Origin: Candidatus Latescibacterota bacterium
GTDB taxonomy: Bacteria > Latescibacterota > UBA2968 > UBA8231
Direction of reading: 5' to 3'
Length of the DNA stretch: 64,000 nt
Assembly (NCBI GenBank): GCA_965205655.1
Contig: CBDBIJ010000022.1
Span: 96,001-160,000, forward strand
This document shows positions 46,846-57,306 of this stretch, one piece after another. The position numbers were made by a program, and so were the translations under genes. The notes beneath the pieces are model-generated. The model saw nothing but the letters and a program-made list of their open reading frames with translations, did not search any database and was not told the origin of the DNA. Every line of letters begins with the position of its first letter. Within the stretch, counting starts at the first letter, position 1.

Positions 46846-48634
46846 CTACAGCATGTTCTTGAAACGTGGATGAACTTTCTCCCGGTCGAACCCAAACACC
46901 TTCATAACCTTCCCTGCGTCGGCCGGAAAGCTCGGTCCCGCCTCACCCTCGTCAGTGACCGAGAACTCCCGCACATGTTGCACCTGGACAGCGCCGTCCC
47001 CCTCCGGATGTATGTTCCACATGAGCTTTTTAGCGCCCTTGTAGAGGACCACGAAGTGCTCTTTTCTCTGGTCGCTTGCCACCGTGAGCACCGGGATCTC
47101 TCTGAGCCTTGCAATCGGCAGTAACAGGTTTCTTCCCGGAGCAGCGAAGTCTGTATTCACATCGAAGTACTCGACCAGAGTCCTGGCGAGATCCACGGTG
47201 TCGACCGCCTGCGCCTCCTCTCCGGCCAGGTTTTCGGACCACATCACCAGCGGCACCCTCGTTACCTGCTCGTCTGCGTGAAAACCGTACCAAATCTTCC
47301 CGTCGTCGAGAATGGTCCCATGATCCGCCGTCATGATAACCAGCGTGTCGTCTAAACGGCCGCTCTTGCTCAGGAACCTAAACAGATTGCTGAGGTAGGC
47401 GCCCATTTCGTCTGTACGCCTCTGGTACTTCTCGCGGATGGAGCGCACCAAGGGTTCGTCAGCTATGTCGTATACGTAGTCCCTTGCCACTGCATCGTCG
47501 TAGAACTCCGACAGCTCCGCCACGCCTTCGCCCCCATCGCTTTCGGCGATCACCTGCACCAGATGCTTGGAAAAGGAAGTGTGGACCAGAAGAAAGGAGC
47601 GGCTCGACGACTGCATCTCTTCGACCTGTGCTAGTAACCGCTCGGACCACAGTCTTCTTTCGTCGGGCTCGCCGCTCACGAGCCGGGTCACGGCCTGGGC
47701 CCGTTCCCGTCGATTCCCCGGCCAGTTGAGAAAAACGTGATAGTTCAGGCCGAGTATGGCCGGCACCCATGCTAGGCGTTCCGTCAACAAGATTGTGCGC
47801 AACCCGGAATAGGTGCTGATGGAGTTGGCTTCGGGTAAGCCGTTGTTGTGAAAGGAGAGCCAGCGCACCTTGACCTCGTTTTTCTCGAGCAGACCGAGTA
47901 GATTCTCGAATTTCCCCAACGAGTGCCCGCGACCACCTACGGGCAGGCTTAGATAGCCCGAATAGAGAATTCCGAAGTATCCATTGGTAAAGACCTTGTT
48001 CTGTGCGCGCCTGGGTGAAGACCCTGCCCCTTCTCGCGAGCCGGGTCGACCTGCGTTTCCGTGGCTGTCCCATCGTAGACCCGTAGGAACTGGGCGGGAA
48101 ACCCATCGATCACGATGAGAATGACATGCCGCGGAGAGGCATTACTTTCGATCGCCTGCGCGGAACCTGACGCGCGCGCGACTGCGAGCAGGAGGGCGGC
48201 GCTATGATCCCACGATGCAGATCGCACGAGCTTCCGCGCTCTACGACGCAACTCGTCGGTCATTCAAGCCTCGCCACAGCGAGCCACGATGCGACGACAG
48301 ATCCCGCGAACAAAAGGTAGAAAACCGGGCAGTCGGTCGAGCCAAGGAAACGTTGTCTGCGACGAAGCCGATGGCGAAGATCATCAGTGTCCATAGGCCT
48401 GCGAATACTGGAAATCGCAGAAACAGGTCGTCACTCCACCTGCCCACCAGAGCACACATGAAACGACAGGACGCCGAGAATCCCGGAGAGCAAGATGATC
48501 TGAGTCGCCGTGTATACGGCATAGCTCTCGAAATCGCTGTTGTAGAGTAGCTGGTCTTGGCAGGCGCTCTGCAGACCTATGACCAGAAAAAACGCCGCCA
48601 GCAGGATGCCTCCCGCGCGCTCGATCCTACACAC
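46846..48634 (-). pseudogene. Membrane-anchored sulfatase/alkaline-phosphatase superfamily transferase, split by several frameshifts
   Basis: TM fragments at 48634-48241, RHVILIVIDG at ~48120 and DTLVIMTADHG...YGFH....RVPL in 46846-47919. Confidence 0.75.
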
Positions 48635-48638
48635 GCTC

Positions 48639-50054
48639 TTATTCTCTCTTCTCAAGAACCAGGATCCGCCGCGTCGGGCGATCCGAAGCCCATTCTTCGA
48701 CCAGTGCGAACTTCGTCGCGAGACTGGTTCGAACGGACCCGAGTGAGTAGCAAACATCGACACGCGTGTCGAGCAACTCGATCATCGGGTCACTGGGGTC
48801 CACATACTCGAAAATCACCGCACGAGTACTTACTTGGTCTAGCATCTTTGCGATTCGCTCGAACGACTGCCTGCCGGTAATGTGCAGATGGTGCATGAGT
48901 CCGAGACACAGGACTGTATCCGAGCGGACTCGATCAAAAAGGTACGGGTACTGTTCGCCGAGGAAACCGAAGGCGGGAGTCGGGCACAACACGTCGGCTA
49001 CGAGCGGGAGAACCTTAAGACACTTCTCTGTGGCGTAGCGAAACAGACGCTCCATGCATGCCGTGCTGCTGTCAATTGCCGTAACCTGGGCGCCCTCCTC
49101 GGCGGCCATGACAGAAAATGAGCCAGTGTTGGCTCCGAGATCGAGAACTGTAGAAGGAGCCAGACGGCGCAGCACGCGACCGACCAGCTCGTGCTTGGCG
49201 CGGCGGTCGACGTTTTGTGGTAGCGACTGATAGTAGTCTTGCCAGACATCACCGTTGCTCGTGATCGAGATTCCATCAATCTTCCGATAGAGTCGCCCGA
49301 AGAATCGATCTCTCACTCTCCGGTCGACGCGAACTTGCGCTTTCACCATCCCCTCCTTGAGCTTCCTCCTCGCCCCGGGATGGCTCTGCAGAAAGCCGTC
49401 GAGCCACTGAGAAAGCGACGTTCCGGCGTGCAGGACCTTGTGGGATATGGGTGCAAGGCCGAGGAACTGCCTTCGCGAGACTCCGGTGATGTTGTCGAAA
49501 AGCAGGAGGCGGGCAATCTCCCATTTGCCCCACTGACTCAGAAGGAGCGGACGGAGAAAGAACTCCTCGAACTGCCCATGTGCTGGCCAGATCATCCTTC
49601 CGTCCACGGGCACTATCGAGGTGAAGTCTACGAAAACAGGTCCGGTTCCCCGATAGAGCGTGTTCCAGGGATAGGCATCCTGCAACATGCAATCGTGGTC
49701 GAGCAGCGCCATGGAGAGCTCCAGCAGCTGTAACGCGGCCCGCTGCAGCATGCTCGGACACCACTCGACGCAATAGGTGAGCGGCTCGATCCGTTCGTGT
49801 CTGAGGACGAGGCTTTCCGGCACCGCGTCGATGGGGGACTCTACGATCCAGCTGGGAACCAGACCGTTGTTTTCCACTAGTCTCTCTACGATGCCACGCG
49901 CGAACAACTCCCGGTAGAAATCGGCCACCCCATCATAGATGGCCCGGTAGGTTCCCTCCTCGAGCTCGAAGAGGTACCCGTTGGGATCCACGTACGTCGG
50001 TGATTCTATTGCCGACAGCTCGCCCGCCACAGGCTCACACTTTTCCGCGGCCAC
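48639..50054 (-). CDS. NoeA-like SAM-dependent methyltransferase (kinase-like N-part plus methyltransferase)
   Basis: DPNG, Y..EW.PSML, L.DA...N, FVD.TS, then VLDLGANTG.FS and LGLMHHL. Confidence 0.75.
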   Translation of the reverse strand: MAAEKCEPVAGELSAIESPTYVDPNGYLFELEEGTYRAIYDGVADFYRELFARGIVERLVENNGLVPSWIVESPIDAVPESLVLRHERIEPLTYCVEWCPSMLQRAALQLLELSMALLDHDCMLQDAYPWNTLYRGTGPVFVDFTSIVPVDGRMIWPAHGQFEEFFLRPLLLSQWGKWEIARLLLFDNITGVSRRQFLGLAPISHKVLHAGTSLSQWLDGFLQSHPGARRKLKEGMVKAQVRVDRRVRDRFFGRLYRKIDGISITSNGDVWQDYYQSLPQNVDRRAKHELVGRVLRRLAPSTVLDLGANTGSFSVMAAEEGAQVTAIDSSTACMERLFRYATEKCLKVLPLVADVLCPTPAFGFLGEQYPYLFDRVRSDTVLCLGLMHHLHITGRQSFERIAKMLDQVSTRAVIFEYVDPSDPMIELLDTRVDVCYSLGSVRTSLATKFALVEEWASDRPTRRILVLEKRE

Positions 50055-50089
50055 CCTTGAACGGCCCGCGGTGCGATCCGGCCCCGGCT

Positions 50090-50320
50090 TTACTCGCTCC
50101 TTGCCTCCGAATCGTCCTCACTCTGCCGCGCCTTTCCGAGCCACGCTTTCACCAGATGCCACGGCCTGATCACCCAGCTGACTATGACCCCGAAAACGAG
50201 CGCGTAGATCGCCTGGTAGAAAGTCCCGAGAAGCCCCGGATCAACATAGGCGTGTGCCACTGAGGGGAGGAGCGCCACCATCGCGAATCCCAGTACCAAT
50301 GATAGGCAATGACCTCTCAT
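50090..50320 (-). CDS. Small two-helix membrane protein with AHAYVDPG motif
   Basis: 76 aa: signal-like segment ending AHA, then YVDPG plus a TM helix. AGGAG RBS upstream. Confidence 0.7.
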   Translation of the reverse strand: MRGHCLSLVLGFAMVALLPSVAHAYVDPGLLGTFYQAIYALVFGVIVSWVIRPWHLVKAWLGKARQSEDDSEARSE

Positions 50321-50373
50321 GTCTTTTCTCCTTCTCGAGTCCTGATGTGGCTCCCGTCCCGCGGGGGCCGGGC

Positions 50374-51504
50374 TCACATTTCCTTCTCGATCCTGTTGGC
50401 GCAGCAGTGCGAGCAAACGGGAGAGAGGTTTTCCGCGAGCGTATCGCGGAGGCCCTGATAGGTAGCGCTATTCCAGATCTCGTCAACAGTGGACTCCCTG
50501 ATGTTGCCGCACTTGATCTCAAAACAACCAGGAAAAAACAGGACGTCACCGTTGGACACCAGCGTCAGCGAGGCGGTACTGGGATTGCAACTCTTGGCGA
50601 AGTAACGGGGCAGCAGGTCGTCGGTGCTGAAGTACGTTTCCAAGTCCTCCCTGGACTTGAAGTCGGGCTGGAACACCACATTCTCGTGTCTCTCCAGGAT
50701 GTCCCGCTTGATGCGCCACATTTCATCGAAATCCTGCGACGCCAGCTCCGTGCGCTCCTGGTGGCCCCCTCGCGGTATGTTGATGCGGTAGTGGTCTGGC
50801 AATCCTCGTTCAGTGACCCACTTCTCGTGTTCTTGCAGTGTATCTTCTGTGGAGAAAATGAGAAAGGAGAAGGTGTGTCTGTCGATGCCGACATCTCTCA
50901 ACAGAAAGTCTGCCAGCTCAGGTGCTTCTTCGAAGGTGGGACCATAGAACACCGACAGGGACGAGACGCCGCCGCGAAAGACACCCTCTCTCTTCATCGC
51001 GACCACCCGCCTCATGACTTCAACCGTCTTGTCGAAGTTGCCTTCTCCGCGAATTCTATCGTGAGTTTCCTTCAGTCCGTCGAGAGAGAGGGTAATCCCC
51101 GCCCCGCTCTGCCCGAACTTCTCGAGCTTCTCGTCGCTAAACATCGTCCCGTTGCTGGTTACCCCGACGCTCAGACCGCAGTCATTCGACACGTAGGAAA
51201 CCAGTTCGGACATCTGCTTGAACGCAAAGGGCTCACCTCCGGCAATAGACACGGCAGGTCGGTATCTCTTTACTTGATCGAAGAATGACACGTACTCGTC
51301 GAGTTTGAGCTGGGGCCCTTTCGTGGCATCCGGGTAGTCGCGCAGGACCTGAGGCACTTCACTGTTGTTGACATTCATGCTGCACATTGGACAGTCGAGA
51401 TTGCATGCCTGGATCAGCACCACAACTTTCTTGAAAGGCCTTTTGGACAGCGCATCAAGGTAGCGTATGTATATCTTTTCTGTTGATCTGCGAACGACGT
51501 TCAT
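50374..51504 (-). CDS. Radical SAM protein with SPASM/twitch domain
   Basis: CNLDCPMC, GGEP, SLDG...HD.IRG and C-terminal C...NGDV...C...GNI.......IWN...CSHC motifs. Confidence 0.9.
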   Translation of the reverse strand: MNVVRRSTEKIYIRYLDALSKRPFKKVVVLIQACNLDCPMCSMNVNNSEVPQVLRDYPDATKGPQLKLDEYVSFFDQVKRYRPAVSIAGGEPFAFKQMSELVSYVSNDCGLSVGVTSNGTMFSDEKLEKFGQSGAGITLSLDGLKETHDRIRGEGNFDKTVEVMRRVVAMKREGVFRGGVSSLSVFYGPTFEEAPELADFLLRDVGIDRHTFSFLIFSTEDTLQEHEKWVTERGLPDHYRINIPRGGHQERTELASQDFDEMWRIKRDILERHENVVFQPDFKSREDLETYFSTDDLLPRYFAKSCNPSTASLTLVSNGDVLFFPGCFEIKCGNIRESTVDEIWNSATYQGLRDTLAENLSPVCSHCCANRIEKEM

Positions 51505-51591
51505 TTCTCGCTCCTACTACACAATTCGCGCCGGCTAAAGGCCGCTTCCCGGCCGAGGCCCGAGACTTCTCGTCCAAAGAGAGATCCTTTC

Positions 51592-52513
51592 TCAGGCTGC
51601 GTCACGCTTGGCAAATCCATCCCAATACCGAGTAGCGTATCTCTTCGAAAGTAAGGCAATCTCGCCGAGATCACTACTCGAGCGGATCGACGCGATCCGT
51701 CGTACCCCCCCCGCCAGAAGAAATTTCGGCGAAGGCAACGGGTGTAAACGCTGGCAAACCGCCGGAAATTCCTCGAGGTAATCGAGAACGTCCTGTTCAG
51801 AGAAACGCTCGAGGTAATGAGGCATATTGTATTCACGTGGACTGATGTACTTATAGGGGCACCTGTAGTCTCTGTCGAACCACGAGAAGCCCTCCGGCAT
51901 CACGCCACGATCTCTCGCAATCGTTTCCAGCTCCAATCCCGGATAGATTATGAGCGGCGCAATCGTGGTCCTCATTTCGTACTGGTAAAGCTTCTTGATA
52001 ATCCCGAAGGTCTTCGCTGCCTCTTCACGCGTCTCGTCCGGCAATGAGATCATCGTGAAGAAGTTCGCCCGTATCCCGAGCTCATGGCACGTCATCCCAA
52101 ATCTCTCTATCTTCTCGACGGTCATACGCTTCTTAATGGTCTTGAGCACTACGTCGGACCCCGATTCCACAGCAAAATCAATGCTTATGCAGCCCGCTTG
52201 CCTCATCAGCTTCAACTGCTCGATCGGCATATCGGCGCGACCTTCGCAGTACCATTCGATGTTGTAGATCCTTTTCGATCAGAGTATTGCAGAATTGCTT
52301 TACGAACTTTCGGCGTTCGCTAAAGGACGGATCGGTGAACATAAAGTAGCGGGTCCCCTGATTCTCGATCACCCAGTCGATTGTGTTCATTATGACATCC
52401 AATGACATGACCCGATAACTCAGAAAGTTGAGCGCGCAGAACACACACAACTCTGTCGGGCTAACCAGCAGTACGTTGAGGAGCTTCGTCGTGCGAGTCT
52501 CCCTATGAGTCAC
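51592..52513 (-). pseudogene. Cobalamin-dependent radical SAM remnant (B12 domain deleted; frameshift near 52264)
   Basis: NVLLVSP abuts CVFC (only CxxC remains). It continues FTDPSF, W.CEGRAD, AGC....AVESGS..VL..IKK, LP.ET.E and YPG.EL. Confidence 0.8.
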
Positions 52514-53315
52514 TGCTTGAAGACCAGTGAGTTGGGTGCGTCAAAATGAGATAGTTTCTCCCCTTCCTGAAGAAGGGTGGCAACTTCAGAAAATCTTCGA
52601 GTATGTGGAACGGCCGCTCCTCATTTTTCAAATGACAATCCTGAATGATGTAGTCGTAGGCGCGCACACTGTAATGAAGATCGCAGTGCTTATAGCCGAA
52701 CTCCTCCAGACGCCCCAGGATCTCCCTGCCGAACCGCACTCGCACGTCCAGTCGGTGCCTCCCCAGGCCGTGTACCGTGAAGCTCCTTGGGCGGAGTCCG
52801 ACTTCGGCGGTGAATTTCTCGGTCTCCCGAGCGAACGTAGCCATGTAGTCGTCATCCAGGTAACAGACCGTGTGTAGCCCGACCTCAAAACCGGCCCTGT
52901 GGTATTCCTGGATCAACTCTCGATGCTCGGGCAGCGCATACTCGCTATCGTCGGCTCGGAAGTAGACCCCTGACCGGACCCCTAGCCCCTTATCTATATC
53001 GACTAGCAGTGGCATTCTATCCATACATTGCTTGAAGTCGATGTCGTGCCGAATGTACAGGTTAACGGCGTCTGCCCTGGTATTCGCCAGAAAAGGAGTC
53101 GCTTGGACCTCGGGGGATTCCAAAGCACCTTCGAGAAGGTTCCGATAGAGTGATATGTCATATGGCGCATCCTGAATCGCGCGAACGTTCTGCTGGTAAC
53201 GGTAGACCTGAATCTTGGTGTATCTCCGTCTGATTTCGCTGGCCAAGCGCTTGAGAGGCGCGAAATCCCTGCTCCTCGTCAAACGGAGTTGTCTTGGGGA
53301 CAGAGCCATTACCAC
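52503..53315 (-). CDS. Polysaccharide deacetylase-like hypothetical protein
   Basis: YIRHDID, GFEVGLH, TVHG and LTHP.HW motifs. Confidence 0.65.
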   Translation of the reverse strand: MVMALSPRQLRLTRSRDFAPLKRLASEIRRRYTKIQVYRYQQNVRAIQDAPYDISLYRNLLEGALESPEVQATPFLANTRADAVNLYIRHDIDFKQCMDRMPLLVDIDKGLGVRSGVYFRADDSEYALPEHRELIQEYHRAGFEVGLHTVCYLDDDYMATFARETEKFTAEVGLRPRSFTVHGLGRHRLDVRVRFGREILGRLEEFGYKHCDLHYSVRAYDYIIQDCHLKNEERPFHILEDFLKLPPFFRKGRNYLILTHPTHWSSSSDS

Positions 53316-53364
53316 AGGCCCCCCCTCAGTCGTCCATTATGGAAAGCAGCGTAGCGAAAGATAC

Positions 53365-54211
53365 TCATTTCTTGACTCCAGTAATAATCACGTTGGAGCG
53401 ATCTCTCGCTGATGTCAGTGCGTTAGCGGCCTCGAGGATCAGGTAGCGAAGCAGGCCGAAATCGACTTGTATCGAGCGATTCATGCTGAGTTTGCCGAAC
53501 TGCATCCAAGAGACGACGTCGAAGGCGAGGCGTTTGAAGGGATGGCAGACCTCCACGTCACCAAAGGCCGCATTCCGGACTACCGCCTCGAGCTCTTGAC
53601 GGTTGAACCAGCGCGGCCTGTTCACTCCATCCATCTGTAGGAGCCGGGTGTAGAACTCCTCGTAGGAACGTGGGCACCGCTTGAAGAGCCGTGAGCACAC
53701 GCTCATCAACGTGCTTGAGCCGTTGCGCGAGAAAGCCTCCTCGATCTGCTTGCGCCCCACCGTGTTCACGACAATCAGCCTGCCGCCCGGCTTGAGGCAC
53801 CTAAAGCTCTCCTGGGCCACACGCTCCGGTGCCGGGAGTACTGTGAGCACCTCGGAGATCAGCACTTTGTCGAGCGACTCCGCTGCAAACGGCAGCTGAC
53901 AGCCATCGTCTACCCTGACGTAATCGACCCGCCCTTTGCCCACAGTCATTCCGCGTGCCACTGGCACCACATCCACTCCGATTCCGTGGGCGCCGCGCCG
54001 CGACAGCTCGTAGGCGAAAAAGCCGGCTCCGCAGCCGAAATCCAGAATAGTCTCGCCTCTGCGGGGGTCGACGAACTCCATCACCGCCTTGGCCTGCAGC
54101 CGCTTCAAGAGATTGGGCGACCCCCGAAACCGGCCGCGGAGGGTCCCTTAACGAAGCACCCGTGGGGATGTGGCCGAACGATACGTAGTTGAAAGGCACA
54201 CCGCGGTCCAT
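53365..54211 (-). CDS. Class I SAM-dependent methyltransferase (frameshift near 54142)
   Basis: ILDFGCGAG, LPF and LKPGGRL motifs. The N-terminus from ATG 54211 is offset by one base from the main frame. Confidence 0.8.
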
Positions 54212-54214
54212 TGA

Positions 54215-55450
54215 CTAGGAGGTTGGGATGATTTCTGAGGGCTGACAAAAGTGGGCATCCCTTATCACCGAATTGGTCCTTCTGCTACAAACGAAGTGTC
54301 CGACGTTGCGGTACTCAAAGACCACTTCTTGGTCGTGATAACCCATGATCCACAGGGAAAAGTTGCCGGTCAGTAGAAGCAGCTCAGGCACTCGTATTCT
54401 GATGACGCCGGAACGGCTCAGCGTTGCGCGGCCGTGGAACCGCTCTCCCGGAATGGCCGAAAGGATCTCTCCCACGAAGGTATTGCTGCTCGATTCGCAA
54501 ATACCGATAAACAGATCTACCTCTTCAACCGACCCGGGGCGTTCGTACGAAAGCAAAATGGTCATCTCGTCGCCTGTATAGAAACCTGCGCTCTCTTCGC
54601 CGTTGTCCTTTTGCAAGCTCACGTCCATCAGGCTCACCTCTCCCGACCCCCGGCTCATGATCAAAGGGGACTCCGCAGCCTCCACCTGAGCCTGCTCTTC
54701 GTGGAAGAGCCACCGGTTGTACGTCCGGATAATCTCGTTGGGTTGGCCGTCGGCGAGCATTTCTCCCTTGGCCATGAACAGGGCCCGGTCGCAGAGCTCC
54801 TCTATCTGCGAGAGGTTGTGAGATACGAAAAGTATCGTCGCGCCGCTATTACAAAGCTCGTGTATACGCTTGGAACACTTTTGCACGAAGTATGCATCGC
54901 CCGTCGCCAGGGCCTCGTCCACGATGAGGATATCGGGATTGACACTCATGGCCGTAGCGAACAGCAACCGGGCCCGCATTCCCGCCGAGTATGTCCTGAA
55001 CGGGCGATCGATATAATCCCCCAGCTCGGTAAACTCGATGATCTGCGGCATTCTCTCGCTGATCTCCTGCTTCGGCATGCCCAACAGAATGCAGCCGTAG
55101 TAGATATTCTCCCTGCCGGTAAACTCGGGCTGCACGCCGACACCGAGCGCGAGCAGAGCGGTTATGCGACCCTTTACTTCGATGGTTCCGCGATCGACCG
55201 GCAGTAGACTGGCGACCATCTTCAGCAGCGTCGTCTTGCCGGCGCCGTTGGGCCCGACGATCCCAACCACTTCGCCCCGTTTGACTTCGAAGCTTACGTC
55301 GCGCACCGTCCAGAACTCCTCGAAGAATGACTCCCGCTTCCAAAAGTACAGATACTCCTTTACCGGGCCCGTAATGAGATCGTGATAAAGCTTGAACCGC
55401 TTGGACACTCCGCGGATGTGGATGGCGCTCTCTTCAGCGGTGTCTGTCAT
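54215..55450 (-). CDS. wzt: Polysaccharide ABC transporter ATP-binding protein with C-terminal Wzt domain
   Basis: GPNGAGKTT, YSAGMRARL, VDEALATGD and VSH motifs plus a ~150-aa C-terminal extension. True start is MTDTAEE. Confidence 0.92.
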   Translation of the reverse strand: MTDTAEESAIHIRGVSKRFKLYHDLITGPVKEYLYFWKRESFFEEFWTVRDVSFEVKRGEVVGIVGPNGAGKTTLLKMVASLLPVDRGTIEVKGRITALLALGVGVQPEFTGRENIYYGCILLGMPKQEISERMPQIIEFTELGDYIDRPFRTYSAGMRARLLFATAMSVNPDILIVDEALATGDAYFVQKCSKRIHELCNSGATILFVSHNLSQIEELCDRALFMAKGEMLADGQPNEIIRTYNRWLFHEEQAQVEAAESPLIMSRGSGEVSLMDVSLQKDNGEESAGFYTGDEMTILLSYERPGSVEEVDLFIGICESSSNTFVGEILSAIPGERFHGRATLSRSGVIRIRVPELLLLTGNFSLWIMGYHDQEVVFEYRNVGHFVCSRRTNSVIRDAHFCQPSEIIPTS

Positions 55451-55467
55451 ACTCGTTGCTCGCGGTC

Positions 55468-56265
55468 CTAAATGTACTCGTTGATCAGGATTTTGGCCCT
55501 TGTCACGACCCAACCACCGAGGAGACAGCTGACACCGCTCAAGACGGCGAACACCAGCCAGCTCGTCCCGTGGAAGTCGCCCACCAGCACATCGCGGAAG
55601 CAGATGACCACGTGAGCGAGGGGATTCCACAGAATCAGCTGCCACAGCTGCGGATTCACCATTGACTCCTCGATCACGACCGGTGATACGTAGACCATCA
55701 AGCCGAGTATTACGGTCACGACTTCCCGAAGGTCTTTTAGCAGGACACCGGCGATCGAGAATACCCACGACGTCCCCAGTACGAGCGCCACGAGGAGGCC
55801 TAGTGGAACCGGCAGCAGTATGTAGGTCCATGTGATCTTGCCGCTGACCGCGCTCAGCGCCAGAAAGACGACGAAACTCACGAGCGCACCCACTGAGCTG
55901 GAGATCAGGCTCGTCATCGGCAGAGTCTCTATTGGATAGATCACCTGCTTCACCAATTCCATTCTCTCGCGGATGAGAGAAGGCGATTCCTGAATTGACC
56001 TGGTGATTACCTGCCACGGCACCATTCCCGAAAGGACGTAAAGCACGTAGTCGAAGTGTCCCGTTCCGCGCCCTCCTGATCTGGCCTGAAAGACGAAGGA
56101 AACTATGATCACGTACGCCCCGACTTGAATGAGCGGCCCCAGGATAAGCCACACAACTCCAAGTACTGTACCCTTGGTCAGCCCTTTCAGATCTCGAAGG
56201 GCCATTTCCCACGCGAGTTCGCGATTGCTCCATATGCTTGCAAACGTCTTTGCCAGGAATCTCAT
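55468..56265 (-). CDS. wzm: Polysaccharide ABC transporter permease
   Basis: LG..W..L.P, G.VPW, D......L....Y.SPV and NPL motifs. Adjacent to wzt. Confidence 0.9.
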   Translation of the reverse strand: MRFLAKTFASIWSNRELAWEMALRDLKGLTKGTVLGVVWLILGPLIQVGAYVIIVSFVFQARSGGRGTGHFDYVLYVLSGMVPWQVITRSIQESPSLIRERMELVKQVIYPIETLPMTSLISSSVGALVSFVVFLALSAVSGKITWTYILLPVPLGLLVALVLGTSWVFSIAGVLLKDLREVVTVILGLMVYVSPVVIEESMVNPQLWQLILWNPLAHVVICFRDVLVGDFHGTSWLVFAVLSGVSCLLGGWVVTRAKILINEYI

Positions 56266-56280
56266 GGCCTTCGCTGCTGC

Positions 56281-57288
56281 TTAGCCCTCTCGCTTCAGTC
56301 TTTCTCGCAATTCGTCAAGAGAGGCCTTGATGTTCAGGAGCTCCTGCGCAAAATCCATGCCCACTCTGGTTCGAGTTGAGCTGATGACATCGGCTGCCGG
56401 GACACGCCCGCTTTTCTCCAGCTCGACGACCTCCAGGACCACCGCGCCTTCCTGCGCCAGCACCACCGCCTCGCCGGTCGCCCGTCGCACTTCGACGACC
56501 TGCCCGGGAACTCCTAGATACGGGTAAGGCAAGTCTTCTCGATGGGCTCTCCAGACGACTAGCCGGCTCCCCTCGAGAAAGCTATAGGCGCCGGAGAAGG
56601 GTTCCGCACTCGCTCGAACGAGTCGGACCAGGCCCTCCGCCCCATCCCGATCCCACCTCAGCAGACCGTCATTTGGCCGTCGGGGATAGCAGCGTAGCGA
56701 CGAGGCTGGGGCCCGTGTTTGTTCTCTCTCGGTCACGGTTCCCGCCTCGAGTCCGTTCACTGCCTCGACGAACATTCCCGGCACGCTGTCGGCTATGAAC
56801 CGATAGACGTCTCCGATGTACGTACTGTCTTCGATGGCCATGGCCTTCTGCAAGAGGATGGGGCCAGCGTCTAGCTCTTCCACCATTTTGTGAAGCGAGA
56901 TGACCACGTTTTTCTCCCCTGCTATGAGGGCCCAGTTAGGACAGGCATTACCGCGAAATCTCGGAAGGTCGCCCGCGTGGCCGTTGATCACGCCGTGATC
57001 GAACAAATCCAGTGTTTGACGCTGGATTATGGTCGGCCAATTGACGCTGACGGCCGCCTCCGCCCGCGATGCCGCCAGAAGCGCCCTGATTTTCTTGCTG
57101 TTTATGTTGCCATCACAGAAAAAGCGGCAGCCGATCTCCGAAGCGAGACTTTCGAAGTCGGCCTCGTCGACCTCGTACTCGGCACTCGCCTCACAGGTGC
57201 CGATGATGACGATTTCATGTCCCGCACTGATTAGAACTCCTACTCCGTCGTAGAGCCACTTCGTTCGTCCGAGAGCCGCTACCCTCAC
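56281..57288 (-). CDS. Formyltransferase (Fmt-like, probable sugar N-formyltransferase)
   Basis: INGHAGDLPRFRG..C.NW and LDAGPI motifs plus a C-terminal Fmt domain. Inside the glycan locus. Confidence 0.85.
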   Translation of the reverse strand: MRVAALGRTKWLYDGVGVLISAGHEIVIIGTCEASAEYEVDEADFESLASEIGCRFFCDGNINSKKIRALLAASRAEAAVSVNWPTIIQRQTLDLFDHGVINGHAGDLPRFRGNACPNWALIAGEKNVVISLHKMVEELDAGPILLQKAMAIEDSTYIGDVYRFIADSVPGMFVEAVNGLEAGTVTEREQTRAPASSLRCYPRRPNDGLLRWDRDGAEGLVRLVRASAEPFSGAYSFLEGSRLVVWRAHREDLPYPYLGVPGQVVEVRRATGEAVVLAQEGAVVLEVVELEKSGRVPAADVISSTRTRVGMDFAQELLNIKASLDELRERLKREG

Positions 57289-57306
57289 GCTCGACCTCGG
57301 TGCTTT

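Noticed and set aside
50090..51504. RiPP system (small ORF next to a SPASM radical SAM)
   Set aside because: The small ORF looks like a signal peptide plus TM helix rather than a leader-core precursor. No RRE/PqqD, peptidase or peptide exporter is present, and the context is glycan biosynthesis.
54215..56233. 672-aa fused Wzt ORF
   Set aside because: The first ~260 codons overlap wzm in another frame; the real start is 55450.
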